A stretch of 64,000 nucleotides of DNA from Azolla caroliniana (taxonomy: Eukaryota > Plantae > Polypodiophyta), in assembly GCA_043228905.1 (NCBI GenBank), contig JBHGNT010000009.1, forward strand, positions 19,654,001 through 19,718,000, written 5' to 3'. Shown here one piece after another: positions 42,717 through 53,004 of this stretch (position 1 is its first letter; every line of letters begins with the position of its first letter). Below the pieces are notes generated by a model. That model ran no database searches. It saw only the letters and a program-made list of their open reading frames with translations, and was not told the origin of the DNA. The translations under genes and the position numbers were made by a program.

Positions 42717-43015
42717 TTGACCGAAATTTGCAATCCGTTTTTTCAGAATATGAGTCCCTTCATGTAATATGTGATGTAAGATTGAATATGATAAGTCTCC
42801 ACTATCTTTAAAGACCACAACTGTTAAATTAACTATATGGCTCTCGCTTCTTGTGGTAAAGTAATTTCTGTTATGTTCGTGTTTTTTCTACAATAACAAT
42901 ATTCTGACAAAGGCCAACCTAGTATGGCGATTATTGAGAAATAGTTAGGATAGCCATTTCGAATACCATAGTCTTCCTAAAAGAGAATTACCATGGTTCT
43001 TATCATATGGTGCAT

Positions 43016-43086
43016 TCATTGGTAGTTTAGTGGTAGAATAGTGCTCTCCCACGGTACAGACTCGGGTTCAATTCTCGGCCAATGCA
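43016..43086 (+). tRNA. tRNA-Gly(CCC)-like (B3), G1>T
   Basis: First acceptor-stem pair lost. Confidence 0.55.
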
Positions 43087-43382
43087 ATGATCAAAACATA
43101 TGAGTTCTATATTGGGAGAGAAAATTCCCTCACATATGATGTGAGAAAATTTTGGACATCAAGAATCGTGAAAGACCTTAAATTTTGGTGTAACAAAGAG
43201 AAATAAAAGGAGTATGTATGCATATAACGTCGTAGTTACTTCCGAGGACGTATTTGGTTTCCTCCTAAATTCATTTGCGTCCACGAGTAACACAACAATA
43301 TATAAACTATTTATTTTCTAACGTATATATCCAGTTAGATACTTGAGAAGTGAACGAGAATATGGAGTTTATATTTGCTCAT

Positions 43383-43453
43383 GCATTGGTGGTCTAGTGG
43401 TAGAATAGTACCCTGCCACGGTACAGACCCGGGTTCGATTCCCGGCCAATGCA
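43383..43453 (+). tRNA. tRNA-Gly(GCC) (A4)
   Basis: Consensus copy. Confidence 0.95.
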
Positions 43454-43752
43454 TTGACCGAAATTTGCAATCCGTTTTTTCAGAATATGAGTCCCTTCAT
43501 GTAATATGTGATGTAAGATTGAATATGATAAGTCTCCACTATCTTTAAAGACCACAACTGTTAAATTAACTATATGGCTCTCGCTTCTTGTGGTAAAGTA
43601 ATTTCTGTTATGTTCGTGTTTTTTCTACAATAACAATATTCTGACAAAGGCCAACCTAGTATGGCGATTATTGAGAAACAGTTTTGATAGCCATTTCGAA
43701 TACCATAGTCTTCCTAAAAGAGAATTACCATGGTTCTTATCATATGGTGCAT

Positions 43753-43823
43753 GCATTGGTAGTTTAGTGGTAGAATAGTGCTCTCCCACGGTACAGACTC
43801 GGGTTCAATTCTTAGCCAATGCA
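43753..43823 (+). tRNA. tRNA-Gly(CCC)-like (B4), probably pseudo
   Basis: T stem 3' strand CTTAG is mismatched. Confidence 0.55.
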
Positions 43824-44119
43824 ATGATCAAAACATATGAGTTCTATATTGGGAGAGAAAATTCCCTCACATATGATGTGAGAAAATTTTCGACATCAAG
43901 AATCGTGAAAGACCTTAAATTTTGGTGTAACAAAGAGAAATAAAAGGAGTATGTATGCATATAACGTCGTAGTTACTTCTGAGGACGTATTTGGTTTCCT
44001 CCTAAATTCATTTGCGTCCACGAGTAACACAACAATATATAAACTATTTATTTTCTAACGTATATATCCAGTTAGAGACTTGAGAAGTGAACGAGAATAT
44101 GGAGTTTATATTTGCTCAT

Positions 44120-44190
44120 GCATTGGTGGTCTAGTGGTAGAATAGTACCCTGCCACGGTACAGACCCGGGTTCGATTCCCGGCCAATGCA
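44120..44190 (+). tRNA. tRNA-Gly(GCC) (A5)
   Basis: Consensus copy. Confidence 0.95.
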
Positions 44191-44489
44191 CTGACCAAAA
44201 TTTGCAAACGGTTTTTTCAGAATATGAGTCCCTTCATGTAATATGTGATGTAAGATTTAATATGATAAGTCTCCACTATCTTTAAAGACCACAACTGTTA
44301 AATTAACTATATGGCTCTCGGTTCTTGTGCGAAAGTAATTTCTGTTATTGTCGAGATTTTTCTACAATAACAATATTCTGATAAAGGCGAACCTAAGATG
44401 GGGATTGTTGAGAAATAGTTAGGATAGCCATTTTGAATACCATAGTCTTCCTAAAAGAGAATTACCATGGTTCTTATTATATGGTGCAT

Positions 44490-44560
44490 GCATTGGTAGT
44501 TTAGTGGTAGAATAATGCCCTTCCACGGTACAGACTCGGGTTCAATTCTCGGCCAATGCA
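44490..44560 (+). tRNA. tRNA-Gly(TCC)-like (B5)
   Basis: ATGCC-CT-TCC-AC-GGTAC; top anticodon-stem pair mismatched. Confidence 0.6.
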
Positions 44561-44856
44561 ATGATCAAAACATATGAGTTCTATATTGGGAGAGAAAATT
44601 CCCTCACATATGATGTGAGACAACTTTCGACATCAAGAATCGTGAAAGACCTTAAATTTTGGTGTAACAAATAGAAATAGAAGGAGTATGTATGCATATA
44701 ACGTCGTAGTTACTTTTGAGGACGTATTTGGTTTCCTCCTAAATTCATTTGCGTCCAAGAGTAACACAACAATATATAAACTATTTATTTTCTAACGTAT
44801 ATATCCAGTTAGATACTTGAGAAGTGAACGAGAATATGGAGTTTATATTTGCTCAT

Positions 44857-44927
44857 GAATTGGAGGTCTAGTGGTAGAATAGTACCCTGCCACGGTACAG
44901 ACCCTGGTTCGATTCCCGGCCAATGCA
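44857..44927 (+). pseudogene. tRNA-Gly(GCC) degenerate copy (A6)
   Basis: C2>A, T8>A and a T-stem substitution. Confidence 0.75.
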
Positions 44928-45226
44928 CTGATCGAAATTAGCAATCCGTTTTTTCAGAATATGAGTCCCTTCATGTAATATGTGATGTAAGATTGAATAT
45001 GATAAGTCTCCACTATCTTTAAAGACCACAACTGTTAAATTAACTATATGGCTCTCGGTTCTTGTGGTAAAGTAATTTCTGTTATGTTCGTGTTTTTTCT
45101 ACAATAACAATATTCTGACAAAGGCCAACCTAGCATGGCGATTATTGAGAAATAGTTAGGATAGCCATTTCGAATACCATAGTCTTCCTAAAAGAGAATT
45201 ACCATGGTTCTTATCATATGGTGCAT

Positions 45227-45297
45227 GCATTGGTAGTTTCGTGGTAGAATAGTGCCCTCCCACGGTACAGACTCGGGTTCAATTCTCGGCCAATGCA
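45227..45297 (+). tRNA. tRNA-Gly(CCC)-like (B6), A14>C
   Basis: Box A altered (TTTCGTGG). Confidence 0.6.
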
Positions 45298-45593
45298 ATG
45301 ATCAAAACATATGAGTTTTATATTGGGAGAGAAAATTCCCTCACATATGCTGTGAGAGAATTTTCGACATCAAGAATCGTGAAAGACCTTAAATTTTGGT
45401 GTAAAAAAGAGAAGCAAAAGGAGTATGTATGCATATAACGTCGTAGTTACTTGTGAGGACGTATTTGGTTTCTTCCTAAATTCATTTGCGTCCAAGAGTA
45501 ACACAACAATATATAAACTATTTATTTTCTAACGTATATATCCAGTTAGATACTTGAGAAGTGAACGAGAATATGGAGTTTATATTTTCTCAT

Positions 45594-45664
45594 GCATTGG
45601 TGGTCTAGTGGTAGAATAGTACCCTGCCACGGTACAGACCCGGGTTCGATTCCCGGCCAATGCA
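45594..45664 (+). tRNA. tRNA-Gly(GCC) (A7)
   Basis: Consensus copy. Confidence 0.95.
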
Positions 45665-45963
45665 CTGACCAAAATTTGCAAACGGTTTTTTCAGAATATG
45701 AGTCCCTTCATGTAATATGTGATGTAAGATTGAATATGATAAGTCTCCACTATCTTTAAAGACCACAACTGTTAAATTAACTTTATGGCTCTCGGTTCTT
45801 GTGCTAAAGTAATTTCTGTTATGCTCGTGATTTTTCTACAATAACAATATTCTGATAAAGGCGAACCTAAGATGGTGATTGTTGAGAGATAGTTAGGATA
45901 GCCATTTCGAATACCATAGTCTTCCTAAAAGAGCATTACCATGGTTCTTAGCTTATGGTGCAT

Positions 45964-46034
45964 GCATTGGTAGTTTAGTGGTAGAATAGTGCCATCCCAC
46001 GGTACAGACTCGGGTTCAATTCTCGGCCAATGCA
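45964..46034 (+). tRNA. tRNA-Gly(CCC)-like (B7), C32>A
   Basis: Loop AT-CCC-AC. Confidence 0.65.
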
Positions 46035-46330
46035 ATGATCAAAAAATATGAGTTCTATATTGGGAGAGAAAATTCCCTCACATATTATGTGAGACAATTT
46101 TCGACATCAAGAATCGTGAAAGACCTTAAATTTTGGTGTAACAAATAGAAATAGAAGGAGTATGTATGCATATAACGTCGTAGTTACTTCTGAGGACGTA
46201 TTTGGTTTCCTCCTAAATTCATTTGCATCCACGAGTAACACAACAATATATAAACTATTTATTTTCTAACGTATATATCCAGTTAGATACTTGAGAAGTG
46301 AACGAGAATATGGAGTTTATATTTGCTCAT

Positions 46331-46401
46331 GCATTGGTGGTCTAGTGGTAGAATAGTACCCTGCCACGGTACAGACCTGGGTTCGATTCCCGGCCAATGC
46401 A
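46331..46401 (+). tRNA. tRNA-Gly(GCC) (A8)
   Basis: One C>T in the T stem, giving a G-U pair. Confidence 0.9.
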
Positions 46402-46700
46402 CTGACCAAAATTTGCAAACGGTTTTTTCAGAATATGAGTCTCTTCATGTAATATGTGATGTAAGATTGAATATAATAAGTCTCCACTATCTTTAAAGAC
46501 CACAACTGTTAAATTAACTATATGGCTCTCGGTTCTTGTGGTAAAGTAATTTCTGTTATGTTCGTGTTTTCTCTACAATAACAATATTCTGACAAAGGCC
46601 AACCTAGTATGGCGATTATTGAGAAATAGTTAGGATAGCCATTTCGAATACCATAGTCTTCCTAAAAGAGAATTACCATGTTTCTTATCATATGGTGCAT

Positions 46701-46771
46701 GCATTGGTAGTTTAGTGGTAGAATAGTGCCCTCCCACGGTACAGACTCGGGTTCAATTCTCGGCCAATGCA
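46701..46771 (+). tRNA. tRNA-Gly(CCC)-like (B8)
   Basis: Type B consensus; full cloverleaf with G-U pairs. Confidence 0.75.
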
Positions 46772-47067
46772 ATGATCAAAAAATATGAGTTCTATATTGG
46801 GAGAGAAAATTCCCTCACATATGATGTGAGACAATTTTGGACATCAAGAATCGTGAAAGACCTTAAATTTTGGTGTAACAAAGAGAAATAAAAGGAGTAT
46901 GTATGCATATAACGTCGTAGTTACTTTTGAGGACGTATTTGGTTTTCTCCTAAATTCATTTGCGTCCAAGAGTAACACAACAATATATAAACTATTTATT
47001 TTCTAACGTATATATCTAGTTAGATACTTGAGAAGTGAACGAGAATATGGAGTTTATATTTGCTCAT

Positions 47068-47138
47068 GCATTGGTGGTCTAGTGGTAGAATAGTACCCTG
47101 CCACGGTACAGACCCGGGTTCGATTCCCGGCCAATGCA
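47068..47138 (+). tRNA. tRNA-Gly(GCC) (A9)
   Basis: Consensus copy. Confidence 0.95.
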
Positions 47139-47437
47139 CTGACCAAAATTTGCAAACGGTTTCTTGAGAATATGAGTCCCTTCATGTAATATGTGATGTA
47201 AGATTGAATATGATAAGTCTCCACTATCTTTAAATACCACAACTGTTAAAATAACTATATGGCTCTCGGTTCTTGTGCTAAAGTAATTTCTGTTATGCTC
47301 GTGATTTTTCTACAATAACAATATTCTGATAAAGGCGAACCTAAGATGGGGATTGTTGAGAAATAGTTAGGATAGCAATTTCGAATACCATAGTCTTCCT
47401 AAAAGAGAATTACCATGGTTCTTATCATATGGTGCAT

Positions 47438-47508
47438 GCATTGGTAGTTTAGTGGTAGAATAGTGCCCTTCCACGGTACAAACTCGGGTTCAATTCTCGG
47501 CCAATGCA
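47438..47508 (+). tRNA. tRNA-Gly(TCC)-like (B9)
   Basis: GTGCC-CT-TCC-AC-GGTAC. Confidence 0.7.
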
Positions 47509-47804
47509 ATGATCAAAACATATGAGTTCTATATTGGGAGAGAAAATTCCCTCACATATGATGTGAGACAACTTTCGACATCAAGAATCGTGAAAGACCT
47601 TAAATTTTGGTTTAACAAATAGAAATAAAAGGAGTATGTATGCATATAACGTCGTAGTTAGTTCTGAGGACGTATTTGGTTTCCTCCTAAACTCATTTGC
47701 GTTCAAGAGTAACACAACAATATATAAACTATTTATTTTCTAACGTATATATCCAGTTAGATACTTGAGAAGTGAACGAGAATATGGAGTTTATATTTGC
47801 TCAT

Positions 47805-47875
47805 GCATTGGTGGTCTAGTGGTAGAATAGTACCCTGCCACGGTACAGACCCGGGTTCGATTCCCGGCCAATGCA
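47805..47875 (+). tRNA. tRNA-Gly(GCC) (A10)
   Basis: Consensus copy. Confidence 0.95.
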
Positions 47876-48174
47876 CTGACCGAAATTTGCAATCCGTTTT
47901 TTTAGAATATGAGTCCCTTCATGTAATATGTGATGTAATATTGAATATGATAAGTCTGCACTATCTTTAAAGACCACAACTGTTAAATTAACTATATGGC
48001 TCTCGGTTCTTGTGGTAAAGTAATTTCTGTTATGTTCGTGTTTTTTCTACAATAACAATATTCTGAGAAAGGCCAACCTAGTATGGCGATTATTGAGAAA
48101 TAGTTAGGATAGCCATTTCGAATACCATAGTCTTCCTAAAAGAGAATTACCATGGTTCTTATCATATGGTGCAT

Positions 48175-48245
48175 GCATTGGTAGTTTAGTGGTAGAATAG
48201 TGCCCTCCCACGGTACAGACTCGGGTTCAATTCTCGGCCAATGCA
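48175..48245 (+). tRNA. tRNA-Gly(CCC)-like (B10)
   Basis: Type B consensus. Confidence 0.75.
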
Positions 48246-48541
48246 ATGATCAAAACATATGAGTTCTATATTGGGAGAGAAAATTCCCTCACATATGATG
48301 TGAGACAATTTTCGACATCAAGAATCGTGAGAGACCTTAAATTTTGGTGTAACAAAGAGAAATAAAAGGAGTATGTATGCATATAACGTCGTAGTTACTT
48401 CTGAGGACGTATTTGGTTTCCTCCTAAATTCATTTGCGTCCAAGAGTAACACAACAATATATAAACTATTTATTTTCTAACGTATATATCCAGTTAGATA
48501 CTTGAGAAGTGAACGAGAATATGGAGTTTATATTTGCTCAT

Positions 48542-48612
48542 GCATTGGTGGTCTAGTGGTAGAATAGTACCCTACCACGGTACAGACCCGGGTTCGATTC
48601 CCGGCCAATGCA
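48542..48612 (+). tRNA. tRNA-Gly(ACC) variant (A11)
   Basis: Consensus type A body with loop CT-ACC-AC. Confidence 0.85.
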
Positions 48613-48911
48613 CTGACCAAAATTTGCAAACGGTTTTTTCAGAATATGAGTCCCTTCATGTAATATGTGATGTAAGATTGAATATGATAAGTCTCCACTA
48701 TCTTTAACGACCACAACTGTTAAATTAACTATATGGCTCTCGGTTCTTGTGGTAAAGTAATTTCTGTTATGTTCGAGTTTTTTCTACAATAACAATATTC
48801 TGATAAAGGCCAACCTAACATGGCGATTATTGAGAAATAGTTAGGATAGCCATTTCGAATACCATAGTCTTCCTAAAAGAGAATTACCATGTTTCTTATC
48901 ATATGGTGCAT

Positions 48912-48982
48912 GCATTGGTAGTTTAGTGGTAGAATAGTGCCCTCCCACGGTGGAGACTCGGGTTCAATTCTCGGCCAATGCA
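48912..48982 (+). tRNA. tRNA-Gly(CCC)-like (B11)
   Basis: Anticodon stem 3' strand GGTGG, weakened. Confidence 0.55.
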
Positions 48983-49278
48983 ATGATCAAAACATATGAG
49001 TTCTATATTGGGAGAGAAAATTCCCTCACATATGATGTGAGACAATTTTCGACATCAAGAATCGTGAAAGACCTTAAATTTTGGTGTAACAAAGAGAAGC
49101 AAAAGGAGTATGTATGCATATAACGTCGTAGTTACTTGTGAGGACGTATTTGGTTTCCTCCTAAATTCATTTGCGTCCAAGAGTAACACAACAATATATA
49201 AACTATTTATTTTCTAACGTATATATCCAGTTAGATACTTGAGAAGTGAACGAGAATATGGAGTTTATATTTTCTCAT

Positions 49279-49349
49279 GCATTGGTGGTCTAGTGGTAGA
49301 ATAGTACCCTGCCACGGTACAGACCCGGGTTCGATTCCCGGCCAATGCA
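49279..49349 (+). tRNA. tRNA-Gly(GCC) (A12)
   Basis: Consensus copy. Confidence 0.95.
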
Positions 49350-49648
49350 CTGACCAAAATTTGCAAACGGTTTTTTCAGAATATGAGTCCCTTCATGTAA
49401 TATGTGATGTAAGATTGAATATGATAAGTCTCCACTATCTTTAAAGACCACAACTGTTAAATTAACTATATGGCTCTCGGTTCTTGTGCTAAAGTAATTT
49501 CTGTTATGCTCGTGATTTTTCTACAATAACAATATTCTGATAAAGGCGAACCTAAGATGGTGATTGTTGAGAGATAGTTAGGATAGCCATTTCGAATACC
49601 ATAGTCTTCCTAAAAGAGCATTACCATGGTTCTTAGCTTATGGTGCAT

Positions 49649-49719
49649 GCATTGGTAGTTTAGTGGTAGAATAGTGCCATCCCACGGTACAGACTCGGGT
49701 TCAATTCTCGGCCAATGCA
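49649..49719 (+). tRNA. tRNA-Gly(CCC)-like (B12), C32>A
   Basis: Same variant as B7. Confidence 0.65.
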
Positions 49720-50015
49720 ATGATCAAAACATATGAGTTCTATATTGGGAGAGAAAATTCCCTCACATATTATGTGAGACAATTTTCGACGTCAAGAATC
49801 GTGAAAGACCTTAAATTTTGGTGTAACAAAGAGAAATAAAAGGAGTATGTATGCATATAACGTCGTAGTTACTTCTGAGGACGTATTTGGTTTTCTCCTA
49901 AATTCATTTGCGTCCAAGAGTAACACAACAATATATAAACTATTTATTTTCTAACGTATATATCCAGTTAGATACTTGAGAAGTGAACGAGAATATGGAG
50001 TTTATATTTGCTCAT

Positions 50016-50086
50016 GCATTGGTGGTCTAGTGGTAGAATAGTACCCTGCCACGGTACAGACCCGGGTTCGATTCCCGGCCAATGCA
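50016..50086 (+). tRNA. tRNA-Gly(GCC) (A13)
   Basis: Consensus copy. Confidence 0.95.
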
Positions 50087-50385
50087 CTGACCAAAATTTG
50101 CAAACGGTTTTTTCAGAATATGAGTCCCTTCATGTAATATGTGATGTAAGATTGAATATGATAAGTCTCCACTATCTTTAAATACCACAACTGTTAAAAT
50201 AACTATATGGCTCTCGGTTCTTGTGCTAAAGTAATTTCTGTTATGCTCGTGATTTTTGTACAATAACAATATTCTGATAAAGGCGAACCTAAGTTGGGGA
50301 TTGTTGAGAAATAGTTATGATAGCCATTTCGAATACCATAGTCTTCCTAAAAGAGAATTACCATGGTTCTTATCATATGGTGCAT

Positions 50386-50456
50386 GCATTGGTAGTTTAG
50401 TGGTAGAATAGTGCCCTTCCACGGTACAAACTCGGGTTCAATTCTCGGCCAATGCA
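50386..50456 (+). tRNA. tRNA-Gly(TCC)-like (B13)
   Basis: Same variant as B9. Confidence 0.7.
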
Positions 50457-50752
50457 ATGATCAAAACATATGAGTTCTATATTGGGAGAGAAAATTCCCT
50501 CACATATGATGTGAGACAACTTTCGACATCAAGAATCGTGAAAGACCTTAAATTTTGGTTTAACAAATAGAAATAAAAGGAGTATGTATGCATATAACGT
50601 CGTAGTTACTTCTGAGGACGTATTTGGTTTCCTCCTAAACTCATTTGCGTTCAAGAGTAACACAACAATATATAAACTATTTATTTTCTAACGTATATAT
50701 CCAGTTAGATACTTGAGAAGTGAACGAGAATATGGAGTTTATATTTTCTCAT

Positions 50753-50823
50753 GCATTGGTGGTCTAGTGGTAGAATAGTACCCTGCCACGGTACAGACCC
50801 GGGTTCGATTCCCGGCCAATGCA
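50753..50823 (+). tRNA. tRNA-Gly(GCC) (A14)
   Basis: Consensus copy. Confidence 0.95.
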
Positions 50824-51122
50824 CTGACCGAAATTTGCAATCCGTTTTTTTAGAATATGAGTCCCTTCATGTAATATGTGATGTAATATTGAATATAATA
50901 AGTCTGCACTATCTTTAAAGACCACAACTGTTAAATTAACTATATGGCTCTCGGTTCTTGTGCTAAAGTAATTTCTGTTATGTTCGTGTTTTTTCTACAA
51001 TAACAATATTCTGAGAAAGGCCAACCTAGTATGGCGATTATTGAGAAATAGTTAGGATAGCCATTTCGAATACCATAGTCTTCCTAAAAGAGAATTACCA
51101 TGGTTCTTATCATATGGTGCAT

Positions 51123-51193
51123 GCATTGGTAGTTTAGTGGTAGAATAGTGCCCTCCCACGGTGGAGACTCGGGTTCAATTCTCGGCCAATGCA
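51123..51193 (+). tRNA. tRNA-Gly(CCC)-like (B14)
   Basis: GGTGG anticodon-stem variant. Confidence 0.55.
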
Positions 51194-51489
51194 ATGATCA
51201 AAACATATGAGTTCTATATTGGGAGAGAAAATTCCCTCACATATGATGTGAGACAATTTTGGACATCAAGAATCGTGAAAGACCTTAAATTTTGGTGTAA
51301 CAAAGAGAAATAAAAGGAGTATGTATGCATATAACGTCGTAGTTACTTCTGAGGACGTATTTGGTTTCCTCCTAAATTCATTTGCGTCCAAGAGTAACAC
51401 AACAATATATAAACTATTTATTTTCTAACGTATATATCCAGTTAGATACTTGAGAAGTGAACGAGAATATGGAGTTTATATTTGCTCAT

Positions 51490-51560
51490 GCATTGGTGGT
51501 CTAGTGGTAGAATAGTACCCTACCACGGTACAGACCCGGGTTCGATTCCCGGCCAATGCA
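51490..51560 (+). tRNA. tRNA-Gly(ACC) variant (A15)
   Basis: Same as A11. Confidence 0.85.
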
Positions 51561-51859
51561 CTGACCAAAATTTGCAAACGGTTTTTTCAGAATATGAGTC
51601 CCTTCATGTAATATGTGATGTAAGATTGAATATGATAAGTCTCCACTATCTTTAAAGACCACAACTGTTAAATTAACTATATGGCTCTCGGTTCTTGTGG
51701 TAAAGTAATTTCTGTTATGTTCGAGTTTTTTCTACAATAACAATATTCTGATAAAGGCCAACCTAACATGGCGATTATTGAGAAATAGTTAGGATAGCCA
51801 TTTCGAATACCATAGTCTTCCTAAAAGAGAATTACCATGTTTCTTATCATATGGTGCAT

Positions 51860-51930
51860 GCATTGGTAGTTTAGTGGTAGAATAGTGCCCTCCCACGGTG
51901 GAGACTCGGGTTCAATTCTCGGCCAATGCA
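51860..51930 (+). tRNA. tRNA-Gly(CCC)-like (B15)
   Basis: GGTGG variant; the array ends 14 nt later. Confidence 0.55.
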
Positions 51931-51944
51931 ATGATCAAAACATA

Positions 51945-52345
51945 AATCAGATGTGTGGAAGTGTTTGGCAAGATTCTTCCCAAAATGGCGAAGTCGTTTT
52001 AAAGGTCAATGGGCACGAGAAAATTGTGAGCAACTGGAAGCTGCAAGATTCAAGAGACTTTCTGATTTTTGGGCTACTTGGCCTGAATATAATGCCGACA
52101 ATACATTGATTTTGGATACAGAACATTTCCGACACTACTTCAATATTCGGAGATGCTGTCTCATTTTACCCGAGGAAATGCCTGAACAGTACCTGGTGCA
52201 AACAGTGAGCTGCCAACTAGGTGCATGGTTGTGGACTCCATACCGAGCTCAATATGCGGATAATATATGTAGACTCGTTCCACTGACTAGCAAGAGCTTA
52301 GTTGTTTATAGGAGATTTGTAGACATTTCCAATGGTAATTTATAA
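51945..52345 (+). pseudogene. 5'-truncated ORF resembling the C-terminal half of an FCP1/NIF (HAD) phosphatase domain
   Basis: W.RENC...FKRLSDFWATWPEYNADNTLILD resembles the K.L...W....Y...NTL.IDD motif. The DxDxT region is absent. Confidence 0.5.
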
Positions 52346-52490
52346 ATATGTAAAGAGATGACATTATTCAATGAAGAATTTAATTACTTGTTCCCACTGT
52401 ACTTATCTACTGTGTAATTTGAGGAATATGTTGCAGATTGTTGATTTCATTCTATTGATGACTATTTAGCTATTGACAGCTAATTAGCTG

Positions 52491-53004
52491 CATTTGTACA
52501 GCTAATTAGCTGCATTTGTACAGCTAATTAGCTACTGATGACTATTTCGCTATAACTTATAACTTAAAACTTAACAAAAAAGACATGATTTTATTGAGAA
52601 AGAAGCACAGAAAGCAGACTGTATACAAGAAATTGATTCCAAACGAATTTATTGATCTGTTTTCGCGAAATACATGTTTGTTTTACAAGAGAACATGGTA
52701 AGTGCTACTTGTAGCTACAAATTCCATGGCATACTATTGTAAATACATTTGTACAGCTAATTAGCTGCATTTGTACAGCTAATTAGCTACTGATGACTAT
52801 TTCGCTATAACTTATAACTTAAAACTTAACAAAAAAGACATGATTTTATTGAGAAAGAAGCACAGAAAGCAGACTGTATACAAGAAATTGATTCCAAACG
52901 AATTTATTGATCTGTTTTCGCGAAATACATGTTTGTTTTACAAGAGAACATGGTAAGTGCTACTTGTAGCTACAAATTCCATGGCATACTATTGTAAATA
53001 CATT
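52491..53004. repeat. 255-bp tandem duplication covering the transposase stop codon and 3' UTR
   Basis: 52491-52749 repeats at 52746-53004, with no difference seen by eye. Confidence 0.92.

Larger units (their letters stand above)
40214..51944 (+). repeat. tandem array of 16 units (mostly 737 bp), each with two tRNA-Gly genes
   Basis: Type A tRNA starts at 41909, 42646, 43383 ... 51490 are exactly 737 bp apart. The second unit has an extra ~110-bp duplication near 41300-41520. Confidence 0.98.

Noticed and set aside
47054-50269. Minus-strand ORFs in the tRNA array
   Set aside because: They are antisense translations of tRNA and spacer and are not open in most units.
40214-51944. Array as a cluster of tRNA-derived SINEs
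   Set aside because: The tRNAs are full length with intact acceptor stems, have no poly(A) tails or TSDs, and have a strict tandem period.
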